Part shown: in pieces, positions 12,545 through 25,530 of the stretch
Numbering within the stretch: the stretch's first letter is position 1
Layout: every line of letters begins with the position of its first letter
Origin: Sphyrna mokarran
Taxonomy: Eukaryota
Assembly (NCBI GenBank): GCA_024679065.1
Contig: JAGIQG010000028.1
Coordinates: 19,716,001 to 19,780,000 of the forward strand
Reading direction: 5' to 3'
Length of the DNA stretch: 64,000 nt
The notes under the pieces: generated by a model
Database searches by the model: none
The model's input: the letters and a program-made list of their open reading frames with translations, nothing else
Told to the model about the DNA's origin: nothing
Program-made: the position numbers and the translations under genes

Positions 12545-12790
12545 CGGGTTTGCCACAAAGGCCAACATTTGCCTTGTTGCCCTGAGAAGGTAGTGATTTA
12601 ACAGGTTTGCTGCGTTACTTCAGAGGGCAGATGAGAGTGAACAATATTGATGTGGGACTGGAGTCATATCATCTAATAGCCACATGTTCGCTCTTACTGA
12701 TATTAGTTTTTATATTTCCAGACTTTTCAAACTTGGATTTAAATTAACTTTCTCAGTATTGCTAGTCCTGGAACATAATCACTTTGCTTG
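12545..12790 (-). mobile_element. tRNA-derived SINE remnant (family of 24195-24535)
   Basis: ttcagagggcag...gggactggagtcatat is the reverse complement of the family core. Confidence 0.5.
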
Positions 12791-12932
12791 CTACCTGAAG
12801 TTGTTGTGATAGTGGCACCTTAAGTGCAATTAAAAAATATATTGTGCATTAACTCATCATTAAATCGTTGCTTTCATTGCATTCTGTTCCATGTATACAG
12901 CTGAACATGGTTCTTTTTCTCATTCTTTCCAG

Positions 12933-13090
12933 GACAGCAATGGACAGGTTGCTGGTGGTGGTGTTTCTGTTTATTATTCCCATGTTCTGCAGATGCTGTT
13001 TTTTAGTTACAGCCAGGGCAAATCCTTTGCTGCCATGTTAAGTCGCACGACACTGGAAGTACAACGCCTGTTTCCAATCAATCTGAAAAG
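12933..13090 (+). CDS. UBR4: UBR4 exon w7
   Basis: ttccag| DSNGQVAGGGVSVYYSHVLQMLFFSYSQGKSF...LFPINLK+AG |gtaagt. Confidence 0.96.
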
Positions 13091-13464
13091 GTAAGTGACA
13101 CCTTGGGACTGTGCCTTAGGAGATGAGGAACAGGTATTTCTTTTGTAAGCTTTGAGGAACCTGCTGAATTAATTTTACATTTTACATTTTCTAAATAATG
13201 TGATTGTTAATGATTAATTAGTCAAATACTAAGTGTCCCAACAGAAATTGGTTTACAGAATGGTGGCAAAAAGCAAAAAACAGGAAACTCAAGTCTGCCA
13301 GCGTCTGCACAGAGAACAGACAGGTTAAAGTTTCAGATACAAAACCTTGGCCAGAAATATCAACTTAAATGTTCTCTCCAGGGTTGCTTACAGCAATTAT
13401 ATTTTGGACCATTGAGAATTAATATGTAGTCAGCTGAGAGTGTCAGACAGTTTAAATCAACTCT

Positions 13465-13690
13465 ACCTATTCATATTTCTCTCTCTCTGGTTTAGCTTTG
13501 CCCTTTGCTTTTCTCTCTCTCTCCCTTCCTGCTTTCCCACATTTTCCATTAACCCTACTTTTCCTTACCCCTTTCTTACTTTCCTTCCCATTGCCCTCCT
13601 TTCCCATGATCTCCTCCCTGCTGTCCCTCCCATGGCTGCTACCTGCTCTCTCCTGCACCCTCCGTTTCCTGATATCTGTCTGCTTCCATG
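13465..13690. repeat. Pyrimidine-rich low-complexity tract
   Basis: CT-rich run (ctctctct, ttttcc); produces spurious ORFs on both strands. Confidence 0.7.
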
Positions 13691-13704
13691 ATGGTTGCAT
13701 CATT

Positions 13705-13990
13705 TTATTTAAAGTTTATTTATTAGTGTCAGAAATAGGCTTACATTAACACTGCAATGAAGTTACTGTGAAAATCCCCTCATTGCCACACTTGGATATT
13801 CTGAGGGAGAATTTAGCATGGCCAATGCACCTGACCAGCACATCTTTTAGACTGTGGGAGGAAACTGATACACCCCAAGGAAACACACTCTAACACTGGG
13901 AGAACATACAGACTCCACACATACAGTGACTCAATCCAGGAATTGAACCTGAAGATGTGAGGCAGCAGTGCTAACCACTGTGCCACTATC
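13705..13990 (-). mobile_element. HE1/V-SINE-type SINE with L2-like tail
   Basis: tRNA-like head (gtggcacagtggttagcactgctgcctcaca on minus), V core, tail ttcacagtaacttcattgcagtgttaatgtaag. Confidence 0.85.
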
Positions 13991-14055
13991 TTTTCAATCT
14001 GTGTTATACACCAAATATGCTTCATATTTGTCTCCCTTTATTTTCCCCTCTGCAG

Positions 14056-14230
14056 TTCAAATGGTGGCAGTGGGAAAACTGTTCCTGCCCTATGCCAGTG
14101 GTCAGAAGTGATGAACCATCCTGGCCTGGTCTGCTGTGTACAACAGACCACTGGAATTCCACTTGTCATCATGGTCAAACCGGACACCTTCCTCATCCAG
14201 GAAATCAAAACTCTACCAGCCAAAGCCAAG
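14056..14230 (+). CDS. UBR4: UBR4 exon w8
   Basis: ctgcag| SNGGSGKTVPALCQWSEVMNHPGLVCCVQQTTGIPLVIMVKPDTFLIQEIKTLPAKAK |gtcagt. Confidence 0.96.
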
Positions 14231-16194
14231 GTCAGTCACCATCTCGGGGAACACAGGCTTTTGACAAACTGATGCCTGAAAGGACAGAGATATGTATTCA
14301 ACCTTTTAAGTGTTACTAATTGTAGATTTATTCTGATATTTTTTGGATATATTAATATAATTTTCCTTCAGTAAAATACACAATCCTCTTTGCAATTTAG
14401 TGCAACTTATTTTCAGTTGGCTCAGTGGACATAACAGTATCAGAACCAAGTCATCCTAAGAGAAATGTAACATGTAACCTGGGAATGAGAGACAGAACTG
14501 CAGATATTGCTATGTGTATGAATGAATTTGGACCGTTGAGCACCAAATCCAAACATGGCATTGCTCAGCGATTACAATTTATTCAATTCCTATACGGGCT
14601 TCAGATTCAGCTTTCTCATCTGCTTTCATTGCCTTATTGACCATTGGAACTGGTGACTGAGGGGAGCGGCTGACCTGAAGATTGCAGCTGCTGTTTTCAC
14701 TGTGAAGGAGGAATATTTTAGTCCCTCTACAGCTGAGTAATTCAGCTGAATTACTCTGCAGATTTGCCTTCCCCAATCCTATATTCTTTCACTAAATTGA
14801 GAAGTAACAAAATAAAGTTAAAACAATAAATACTAGAAATACACCACTGGACAAAGGGAAGATAATATTTCAGATGGGCCATTTCATCAATATTAACATA
14901 GGCAAATAGGAGAAACCTTTTTATATGACTGCAGGAAAAGGGAGAATCATGATTAAAGGTCACAAGTGCAGAAATGCTAAGTCGTAAAGAGGAAACTGAT
15001 AGTAAAATAGCGGGAAACAGTTTTCTATACCCATTTTCAGCTCCAATGAAGGATTATTAACTGAATTATCAATCAGTTCTTTCAGGATTTCTCTTGGTGA
15101 TTCGTTTCATCCAGCGAATAGCTGAGCTATACAGAACGGAGAGGTATCAAGTTTGGTTCCTGCTGGGGTGTTTGAGTTTATTTGGTTTATATACAAGTTT
15201 ATCTGGATTAGAGAGCGTGTAATCAACCCAAATTCCTAATCCTGATCACTGTCCACTGAGTGGCCATTGCTGAATGTCAAGAAGGGACAGGATCATGATT
15301 GTCTCAAATGCTGCTGCAATGAAGCAGATTGTTAGCATTCAGTGGGACTGGCATGTGAAAGTTAATAATTTACCAGAAGGCAACTGGTGCCCAGGTTCAC
15401 ATTTGGAGAGGAGACCTTGCATTTCTATGAATAGCATATTATTATATGTACCAGTTGCCTCTTTTTGTAGTACTAGTTACATCCATGCTTTGACCACTAT
15501 TTGTGATTCTTCATTACTTTGGAGAGTCCTATAAAAAGGTTTCTTCTAGTTCAATTGCAAATGATTGATGCAAAGATAAAGAAAGCAAGGCATGAATTGC
15601 TTCAGGAGAGGTGGGAAAAATAGGGAGTGATCTACTTTGTATTTTTTAATTTTACCAAATTTTCAGTATTCCAGTTTTAATATGACTTCAAGTGCAGCCA
15701 GTGTTCTGGACAGGTCATTCAGCTGGTGGGTATATGAGCGTTGCCATAAAACAAAGAAATAAATATTGACATTCAAGCATAATTACAGCACTCGTGGCAT
15801 ATCTGTGTGTTACTTTGGAATAGATTGAAGACATTCTTAGAGAGTTGCACATTTCAGGGGTGGTCTGCGGAATCTTCACTATTCCCATTGTTGAGTGAGG
15901 GAGGTGATCTCAAATTTAGGAATTGCTAAATTGATGTCGAGGACCCAAGCAGAGTGATTTGTTATAAATGAAAGAAGATAAATTTGAATAGTAACATTTA
16001 CATTAGAATTAATAGTCATTTCCAGCAAGCATGTTTGGAATGTTCAACAGTAGAGAAATGGGAAAGATGAAAATGGTTAGATTAGCAAGTAAACAGAGTC
16101 TTCAGAGAAGCCATTTAAAAGAGGTTGGCTTATTCCTAGACTATGATGTTTTGTGTGCCCATCAACACCCTCCCAAAACCTCTCTGTATTTTAG

Positions 16195-16396
16195 ATCCAG
16201 GACATGGTTGCAATTCGCCACACAGCCAGCAATGACCAGCAAAGAACAACCATGATACTCTTGTGTGAGGATGGCAGCCTGCGAATCTACATGGCAAATG
16301 TCGAGAACACTTCCTATTGGCTACAGCCTTCGCTGCAACCCAGCAGTGTCATCAGCATCTTGAAACCAGTCCGCAAGCGCAAAGCTGTAGCTGCCA
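16195..16396 (+). CDS. UBR4: UBR4 exon w9
   Basis: ttttag| IQDMVAIRHTASNDQQRTTMILLCEDGSLRIYMANVENTSYWLQP...KPVRKRKAVAA+A |gtaagg. Confidence 0.95.
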
Positions 16397-17184
16397 GTAA
16401 GGTTCAACTCATAGAAATACCCTGCTTAGGTGAAAGAAGAGAGTAATAGTGAGAAAATGTATGTGTAGTGTATTTCGCATGGGAAATGTATCCTTGCTAA
16501 ATCATTCAGTCTGTTCTTCAGCATAAAGTGAGGGAGCTGGTCCACTCTTCAGGACCTTTTAAAGTAATTCTTAGGGATTGAACTTTTTTTGTGTTTTTTT
16601 TTTACTGTTGAGTTACCAAGTCCAGTAATGTGTGAGAACAAAATTGATAAACACAAGTGAAAAATTGGGAATGCACCTTTAGTTAATTATTGCGTCTGTC
16701 TACTGAAGTTGTTTCCATCCCCTGTGCACTGCCGTCTTCAAATCCTCTCAGTCAGTTTGCCTTGTATCACCTGAGGCAAGCAAGGCATAAGACATGTTAA
16801 GAATTTTTCTAATCTCATTTCAAATAGATGGTGGTGCTGGAACTTAAGCTCCACCGACATTTAGCAGCTGCTTCCTGTAATAAATCTTCGGAGGCAGACG
16901 TCCCTTCATCAGAATTTCTTCATTTACAATTCCAACAGCAGTACACAGAGTGCTATCCATCAGCAGTCTATTTTCGGGAATGCCAGAGGAGCTGACACTC
17001 CCAGTTAAATACAAGGGAAAAACACCCTGATCAGTCCATCAATTGACTTCTTAATCAGGGAGTTCATATTCCAATAGGCCAACCTCAATAGCTGATTGAA
17101 GTCATTACACTTCCTTTCCAGTCTTCTCTATTCTTGAAATTGGCTGTTATTACATACTATTGAGACCTTGTAATAAAAGACGAT

Positions 17185-17252
17185 GTTTATTTATTATCAC
17201 AAGTGCGCTTACATTCACACTGCAATGAAGTTACTGTGAAAATCCCCTAGTT
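17185..17252 (-). mobile_element. SINE tail fragment (same tail as 13705 and 18725 copies)
   Basis: cactgcaatgaagttactgtgaaaatcccctagt. Confidence 0.7.
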
Positions 17253-17874
17253 GCTACACTCCGGTGCCTGCAATATATTTGCAGTATTTTATCCCATGAT
17301 GTTTCCTCTTTACACATACACCTGCAACAGTCAGACTCCCTTTCAGATACTGGCAGAAATATACTGAAGGTCAATTAGTATCTGAAAGAGAGACTTAGCA
17401 TCATGTTTGAGGTCGTCTCCTTCAACTGATGGATTCTCATTAGAAACAGACAATTATTTCATAAAATGTGCATAAAAGTACTTCCGACAACATTAATCCC
17501 TTACAGTTAAGAATGTAATTTGTTTTGATTCAGAGATGCATATTTAGATATTTATAAACAAATACCGAACAATCCTACAAATCAGGTATATTTTGAAATG
17601 CATTTGCTTTACTTATGAATTTTTGGTTTTACAATTATTGTTTCAGAATCCAACAATCTTAGCCTCCAGTGATATGCAATGCGAGATAATTTTTGAACTG
17701 AATGCATTAATGTAGAGCCTATGCTTGGTAGTTTGAATTCTGAACAAAAAGATCAGATAAAAGTATTCTTTTTCTCAGTCGGAAACATTCATCGCATGAT
17801 AGAAGGTGCTTTTACTAGTATCCTGAATAACTGACTCACTACTGATGGGCTTCTTTTGGTACCTCTGTTCACAG

Positions 17875-18038
17875 CAACCCGTACATCCAGTCAGGTAACA
17901 TTTCCAATTGATTTCTTTGAACACAATCAGCAACTGACTGATGTTGAGTTTGGGGGAAACGATTTGCTCCAAGTGTACAACATGCAACAAATTAAACATC
18001 GACTGAACTCCACGGGCATGTATGTTGCCAGCACCAAG
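17875..18038 (+). CDS. UBR4: UBR4 exon w10
   Basis: tcacag| [54 protein letters not shown] |gtatga. Confidence 0.96.
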
Positions 18039-18724
18039 GTATGAGTCCATCAGTCAGCAATAGCACCAACTCTTAAAAAAGGTTTTGCTCATTTTTGATC
18101 TGTTGCTAACTATTTGGCAAACCTCATACATCCGTCCAATATTTCCATATTGCAGGAGGCATGAAAAGTGTAGACAGTGAATACTAGAGGGCACAGCACT
18201 TTGGTGACCAGTTGGTTCTTCAGATCTACAAAAGGGCTAATTAGTTTCACTCTCCTTTTCAAGTATATAACCAGTTCCCTATTAAAATTTGCCATTAAAT
18301 TTGGGTCGCCCTCCAGAATATCATAACCAGCTGCATAAAACAAAACAAAAATCTCCTCATTTTGCCTGTGGCAATTTGACAATTGTATTAAATCTGTATC
18401 TTCTGGTTCCTCGCTCTTCTGCCAGTGGAAATAACTTCTCAATACATTCTTTGAATTTTCTTTTGGCAATGTTTGGATTGCTTGGTGAGGGAGAAAATTT
18501 GTATGCTTATCAACTACCAACGGAATGTAATGTGCAAGTGCAGGCAGGTTTACTGAGGTTTGTAACATGTTGAGTATATTTGATGATAAATTGAAATGTT
18601 AATTTTACAAGGATAATTGCATCTGCAATTTTATTGCAATTTTGGACCTCTTTTCTAAAGGACATTGTTCTCTGAGCCCATATCAATATAAAAGATGGGA
18701 AATCTGAGACTTAACATCTTTTTC

Positions 18725-19002
18725 TTTAAGGTTTTATTTATTAGTTACAAGTAGTTTTACATTAACACTGAAATGAAGTTATCGTGAAAATCCCCTAGCT
18801 GCCACACTCCAACATAGGGGTTCGCACATTTACTTATCTGACCTGTACATCTTTGGACTGTAGTAGAAAACCGGAGTACCCAGAGGAAACCCACGCAGAC
18901 ACAGGGAGAATGTGCAAACTTCACAAAGACAGCGACCCAAACTGGGAATTGAATGCAGGCCCCTGGTGCTGTGAGACAGGAGTGCCAACCACTGTGCCAC
19001 CA
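18725..19002 (-). mobile_element. HE1/V-SINE-type SINE
   Basis: ccggagtacccagaggaaacccacgcagacacagggagaatgtgcaaact...ccactgtgccacc. Confidence 0.88.
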
Positions 19003-20322
19003 ATTTGTGTGCTTCTTGTGGAAGGTAGAAAGAGGACCCCATATGGATTTTTTAAATGTTCTTTAAAAATTAAGGCAATGTGTTTTGAATTAAGTTAGCT
19101 CCCGGAGCACAAGAACACAAGAATTGGAAATCTTAACCAACATGGTCTTATCAAGACTGATGATTGGGAAATATCAAATGCCAAATTCACATTCTAGACA
19201 TTTCACTGATTGCTATTAGTGATGTGAGGGGATGATGTTTACAGGTTTCTTGCTGTGTAACTGGAGCTACTATTCACTTAGCAACTTGGATTGGGCATAT
19301 TGCAGTTGGTAATCTGAGAATAACTGTAGTTGACATATATTGCTAGACATCTGTGTCCTTGCTATGTTGCTTGCTGCAACCACTTTTTATAAATCTTAAA
19401 AGTGCAACAGAAATACTGGGTCCTAATACACATGGTGTCAATGGCAGCAGTTGTTGAGGATGTGATGAGATGAACTAAGATTATCATAATATTCTTACTT
19501 ATTGCAGCAGTTTCAATAGCTGAGTATCCAGAAAACTGAAGGCTTTTCATATAAGCATTTATGCACCTATCATTTTGGCTTAGTTCATCTACTCAACTGC
19601 CACCTCAGGTAAAGTCTGGAGGGACCAAACATACATATACTAGTCTGAAGTTTCCTTCCCTCAAGTGACTTGAGTCGCTGATTTTTTTTTATCACTTCTC
19701 TCACATTTCTTGGTTGTTTCCTTGTTTCTGCTCCATGCCTTATCATCTCAGAAGTTGACTCACATGGCCTCCACAGTACATGTCTCTCAGAAGGATCTGT
19801 GCTTTGTATTCTTGCAAAATTCTACTGGCTCATCACTCAGCAAATTAATTTTAAAAATCTTTATCCTTGGTGATTTTTAGCCAGATATTTGTGCAAACAA
19901 TTCACGACCCCATTCTCGGTTCATTCCTTGTTCCAGAGCCCCTGTACCTCATCGTTATGGATATCTTTCATTCACTGTACCTCAAACTTGTCTAAACATT
20001 GCCTTCCTATTTTCAAAAGCTTCCTAAAATCTTTTCTTCTTGTTTATCTGATGTCTGCAGTGAAGTGGACCAGGTTTCAATGTAGAGTAGTATATAGCAG
20101 CAATAAGATTCTCATTTAGTTTGTTGCTGTCATTTTAAATGTGTTTGCTATGGGTTGTTATAAGAAGAATGGTTAATCCTCGGCTTACATATCTTCCCCA
20201 TTAAATGTCAATCTGTAACAGTGGACCAGAGGAAATTTAATAATTGGGCAATAGTAAGTAGATTTGCACTTGATTTGATCTGCTTTGGTTGGTATTCAAA
20301 TTCTCTACTTGGTTCTTTACAG

Positions 20323-20539
20323 CCAGGTGGATTTACAGTGGAAGGTGTCAACAACAATGCTACCATGGTAATGACAGGGATGCGGATCCAGGTTGGGACA
20401 CAGGCCATTGAGAGAGCACCATCGTACATTGAGATTTTTGGCCGCACAATGCAACTGAATTTGACAAGAGCTCGTTGGTTTGATTACCCTTTTACCCGTG
20501 AAGAAGCATTACAAGCTGATAAGAAACTAACTATTTTTG
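20323..20539 (+). CDS. UBR4: UBR4 exon w11 (DOC-like domain)
   Basis: ttacag| PGGFTVEGVNNNATMVMTGMRIQVGTQAIERAPSYIEIFGRT...ALQADKKLTIF+G |gtaagt. Confidence 0.96.
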
Positions 20540-20932
20540 GTAAGTATGAACTAGCCAGGAGAAATGCATGCAATCCCAAATTTATAGAATATGTTATCCT
20601 GTAGGAGTATCATAGCAATTTTTCTGCACTGACCAGTCATGACCCTGTTGAGATAGACCAGGGTTGTGTATTTCTGTATTAACGTCCTGTAACGGTTGCA
20701 TAATTGTTTAGCTCTCTTTCTCAGTTTTCTGAACTCAGCCTAGGAGTATGCAAGAAGTGTTAGATATTTCTGCTCTTTGGGAATAAGTACATCGCTGTTC
20801 TCCCTGTCTAGAGCTCTGGCAGAGATTTAGGACCAAACCACCTTTATTTCTTATGTGCTGGTGCATCTCTTTTGTTCTATTCAAGATCTCAATGTTATGT
20901 TTTCTCCTTTTTTTCCCCTCTGGTCCTTGCAG

Positions 20933-21149
20933 TTGGTGCTTCAGTTGATCCAGCTGGGGTCACAATGGTAGATTCAATAAAAATCTATGGGAAAACCAAG
21001 GAGCAGTTTGGTTGGCCCGATGAACCTCCAGAGGATTTCCCATCGGCTTCAGTAAATAATGTTGCCGTTCCAAGTGTCAGCCAGAGTAACAGCGCAGGAG
21101 AGGTGGACTCAGCCACTCCAACTTCCACCAGCGGCTCTGTTCTCGAGAG
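20933..21149 (+). CDS. UBR4: UBR4 exon w12
   Basis: ttgcag| VGASVDPAGVTMVDSIKIYGKTKEQFGWPDEPPEDF...SGSVLE+AG |gtaagc. Confidence 0.96.
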
Positions 21150-22199
21150 GTAAGCATAAGCTGAAACTGCTTGAAGTTATGTGAACTGCTTACTAACTTC
21201 TTGCTCTTCAGTTGGTAAGGAACAAATGAAGAATGATGTGCATAAAATTGACAGCATTGTAAATTAAGTTCCATTGAATAATAAATGTCAAAATACATTT
21301 TGCCCCAAGTTTTTGACTCCTAATGGAGAAAAATTTGACAAGGATAATGATACAAAACAATTGTTTATATGAGAAATGATCTCTTGTCCCTCTTGCAACA
21401 TTTGTTCTGTAACCAAAGTCTGGGCATTTTGGAGTTTCTTCTTGCTGATCCATGTGTGGCTGTTGTGTGAAAAGCTTTTCGTTACAGCATGATCTCAGAT
21501 TGTGTCCTGAGCTTGCCGTTTCTGCACAGGTGGATTCGTATGTTTCTCATGTTCCAAAATACAGTTGAATTGGGAAGTATTTAGATGTACAAAGATAACC
21601 ATTTCTTCCTACTCCTTTCATTTTTTTTCCTCTATTTTGTTTACAACCTTGGGCATGTCTGGCTTAATCTCTGCCATGAATGCTGTTTTTGAATTCCCTG
21701 AATCCATTCTTATGTATATATTGTGGCAATTATTCCAGATCAGAGTCCTTTTTTTTTGTTTTGCACCGTTCTCTCTATTTTTCTCTTTACCCCTTTCAGA
21801 CTTGTCTATCCTGTTTTCTTCTCCATCCTGTCATGTCACTTTATATTTGCTCCCCTAATTGATAATTTTCTCTGCTTCCCTACTCTTTTGCCTCTGCAGC
21901 AGACTTGAATCTTTGTTGAATAAACATTCAGCTACTCCCTATGCCTCTCTTGGCATCCTCAGAAGGGCCATTGCAGATTGCAGACAGCAATCCCAGCTGT
22001 CTCATTCTCTTAGAACAAAGAAAATTACAGCAAATTTGGCCTTCCAAGCCTCCACCGAACATGCTGCCGAACTCAATTTGCAACCTACTCACTCAATATG
22101 TTGGTTGGGTACTAACTTCACCCATCTCTCTGTTCTGCTCGCCTGTCGAGCATAGCCTCTTGAATTCTGTTAACACATCAACAACTACCAAAAACCATC

Positions 22200-22372
22200 C
22201 CTTATTTTGAATGTTTGCATTTGATATTATACTTTGAAATCTATCTCTACGTCCAAGCTATATTGTGCATCCTCTCATTTCCTTCTCTACATATAGTATG
22301 CTTTATCTGTACAGCACGCAAGAAACTATACTTTTCACTGTATACTAATACATGTGACAATAATAAATCAAA
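22200..22372 (+). mobile_element. LINE/SINE 3' tail (Rex1/Babar-like), shared with 51100-51300
   Basis: tatgctttatctgtacagcacgcaagaaactatacttttcactgtatactaatacatgtgacaataataaatcaaa. Confidence 0.55.
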
Positions 22373-22899
22373 AATTTGGTTTATTATTAACATCATCTTG
22401 CCTTTCATCAAACCCTCTGTGACTGACTATACTTTTTACCATCTCTGCTATCAGCAATTTAGCCCTTGTTACCAAGCCACAATCCACTTTTTTTAATCCG
22501 TCTGAGAACTTTTGTTTGGTAACTCCTCTCAACTGTCTCTTGCGCCACATCCCCGCTGAGCCCCATACCAAATTTCTTCACAAAGTATTCTCCCTTTCTT
22601 AGCCCCTGAGCATTTCCAAATCCTCTATGATTTAAATTTTCATCTCAACATCTTTTTCTCCTCTGTATTGTGACCACTGCTTTCCACATAAGCTTTTCTC
22701 CTCCTGTTTATACTCACTTAACCTTGTGGCCTCTCTGCTTGATCACTTGTAAGAATATGGTCAGAAATGTTCTCATATTCTTCACCTTACTCCCTTTCAA
22801 TCCTCAGTACCTTCTGCACCTGCTTCTGTAAAATAAACTACCCAAAATTACAGATGTGCTTACAAAGTCCCAGTTGCCAGACTTAGGATTTCCATTTGC

Positions 22900-24180
22900 C
22901 TTAATATTTCTGCAGCTGTTAGTTTGCTCAGCCATTCCCTCAACTCTGTCTTCTGATGCCATTGTGCCCAGAAAGCTGCCTCATCCTGGTCCATCCTCTT
23001 GTATAGTCCCATCTTGGCTCCCAAGAGCCGAATTTGTGCATATTTGGTGGCTAACTGCATTAGCAATCCATCCATTTAGCTAGACCAGATTTTCCACACT
23101 CGAATCTCTCAACTCTGCAGAGCACAGCAACAAAACAGACGAAATCAAATTGACAAATAATCTCTGTGACTGTCTATTTTACATTCTTGATCTGCCTGCA
23201 GTCACTGACATTGCTGACAACAGCAGTCTCCTTCAATGCCTCTTGACCCAAGTCCTTTCAGTGTCCTCTGTTCCCCTCCCCGACTTAGCTTCATTTATGA
23301 CTAGCTTAATGTTGCCAAAAGGTCTCCTACAAAGGTTGCTCTTTGCATTTTCTCAGTGTTTGCTCCAGTGTCCTCCAAGGAATGATCACTGATTTTTATC
23401 TACATGTTACCCCATCATTATATCATCCAACTATATTAGTGCTAACGATAGCCACCTCTATGTTTCTCAACCTCTTCACTGTTTTTCTATTATTGGACTG
23501 CTTGTCCAAAACCCAAATAGCTACAGTTTCCTCCAACAAAACATGGTAACCCAAAATCATGTCGATGGCAACACCACAAATTCCATATCCTTATCATTGA
23601 TTCCATCCTTCCTTCCTTCCTCACCACTATCTCTGGTTGGACTGTTTGCAGTCGTGACATCCTGTTTAACCCTGAGTTGATCATTTGATTCTCATCAAAA
23701 AAAAAACCACCTCTGCAATGTGCTTTCATCCACACCTAGCTCAAACCCTGTTATTCAAATCCTTATCCATTTCTTTGAACTATTGCCATTTGCTCTTGAT
23801 TAGCCTCCTACTCTCTACCCTCTACCCTCTGTAAATTCAGTCTGCACCAAGACTGCTCACCAATCTCTTGAAGGCCTGCTGATCTACGCTGGCCAATGCC
23901 TCAAAATTCTCAGCTACAAGTTTAAATCCCTGCAAGATTTTTACCTGTAATCGACTACAAACCTTCCCTTCACATCACTGCCCCTTCAACCCCAAAATCT
24001 GCTTTGACCTGGGCCTCATGTGCATCTACCCATCACCCTCCCTTTGGCTCACCTTGACATTTATGCTTTCGGGCATATACACCTAATGCCATGGAACTCC
24101 ATCCCTAAACTCTTTCATCTCTTCCCCCATTACAATCATTCCCAGAAAATCCCTGTTTTTTGCTTCACATTATCTCATCT
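22900..24180 (+). mobile_element. Decayed L2-like LINE
   Basis: C/T-rich decayed RT-like sequence (cttgatctgcctgcagtcactgacattgctgacaacagc, resembling LDLSAAFDTVDH); no long ORF. Confidence 0.5.
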
Positions 24181-24194
24181 TTTGGAATGGAGGT

Positions 24195-24535
24195 TAAATT
24201 GGTGGCATAGTGGGAATACCACTAAACAAGTCATCCAGAGGTCCAGACAAATGTTCTGGGGAAATGGGTTCAAATTCCATCACGACAGCTGGTGGAATTT
24301 AAAAATCAATTAATAAAATCTGAAATTGAAAGCCAGTTTCAGTAATGACCATGAAACTTGATTGTCATTGATGTCCTTTAGGGAAGAAGAGCTTCCATCC
24401 TTACCTGGTCTGGCTTACATGTGTCTCCAGGTCTACAATAATGTGCTTGTCTCTTAAATGCCCTCTGGAATGGTCTATTAAACCACTCAGTTGAAGGACT
24501 GGCCCACATCTTATGAAAGAATAGGGAGAAAAAAA
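24195..24535 (+). mobile_element. tRNA-derived SINE (SlmI-like core)
   Basis: Box A ggtggcatagtgg, box B gggttcaaattcc, core atgtcctttagggaag...ccttacctggtctggcttacatgtgtctccag; further copies near 31675, 40640, 49255. Confidence 0.75.
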
Positions 24536-25497
24536 TGACTGATTATAACTCTGCCCAACACTGCTGGTTTTTTACGTTTAAGACACCATAAAAATGCACT
24601 TTGTTGAATCAAGGAAAAAGACTGAGTGAACTTAAGGATAACAGGCATCTCTTACTTAAGACCCTGTAAGGTGTGTAAAATTATGCTTTTTTTATGTTGA
24701 GCTGATGGACTTTATGGTCTTGCTCAAAGCATTGATAGTTTAATGTCAATTCCAGATGTTTAAAGAAAACTGATCAATTTAAGATTTGAAAAGAAATTTA
24801 AAATGGCAAGTTTTGAATTACAAATAGTGTGTTTACACTTGGAGAACAGATGCAAGGAATTGGGGTTTAAGGAAAACCAGATCTTAAAATCTCGAGACTA
24901 GAGTGGAAGAAGGGAAAGTGAAGGGTAATCTGAAAGTTCAAGTTGTCAGTGGCAAGCACTCAGAGCAAATGGATATATTTGTTGAGTATTTTCAGCCTGT
25001 CAGGTGTTGCTGTCAGTGGTTGTGAATGTTCAGAGTTTTTCTGAATGGTAACAGGTTCTACACTAATCCTGTATGCTCGGACTGGAAACCAGATGATGCT
25101 TTTTAAAACCCCAATATGCTTCTCCATTCGAAATTGAAATCTCCCAAAGGATTTCCCCACAACCTGCTTATCTTGGTTGTGAACATGGTTGTGTGCTTAC
25201 TGACTCAGTTTCCACAATTGCAAGCAGTGCACTGAATGGGATCATGTAGGAATAAAATCTGAGAACTGCAAGTAATCCATCTCCACCAGGCTTGCTGTTC
25301 TTCTGTGAGAATTCTGTGCTGATGGCCAAATGTTCACAGCAATCTCATTGCATGACCCATCACATCCTCTGTGTGCAGGTTCTGCATGCCTGGCTGCTCA
25401 TCGTCTCTTTCAGTTTCTTTTTCTAAAGTGGTAAAAGGATTGTGTTTACTTTATTTAAAGTTCTCACGTGGTTTTCTTTTCTGTTGTTCCCTGAAAG

Positions 25498-25530
25498 TTG
25501 TGAGACTGAATCCCTAAGCTCCTTAGACCG
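25498..25530 (+). CDS. UBR4: UBR4 candidate alternative microexon (33 nt; S-CETESLSSLD-R)
   Basis: Polypyrimidine tract gttttcttttctgttgttccctgaaag| then |gttagt donor. Phase 2-2 matches the flanking exons, there is no stop codon, and four TGCATG plus a YCAY cluster lie nearby. Confidence 0.75.

Noticed and set aside
13440-13749. Three overlapping hydrophobic or basic ORFs
   Set aside because: By-products of a CT-rich low-complexity tract.
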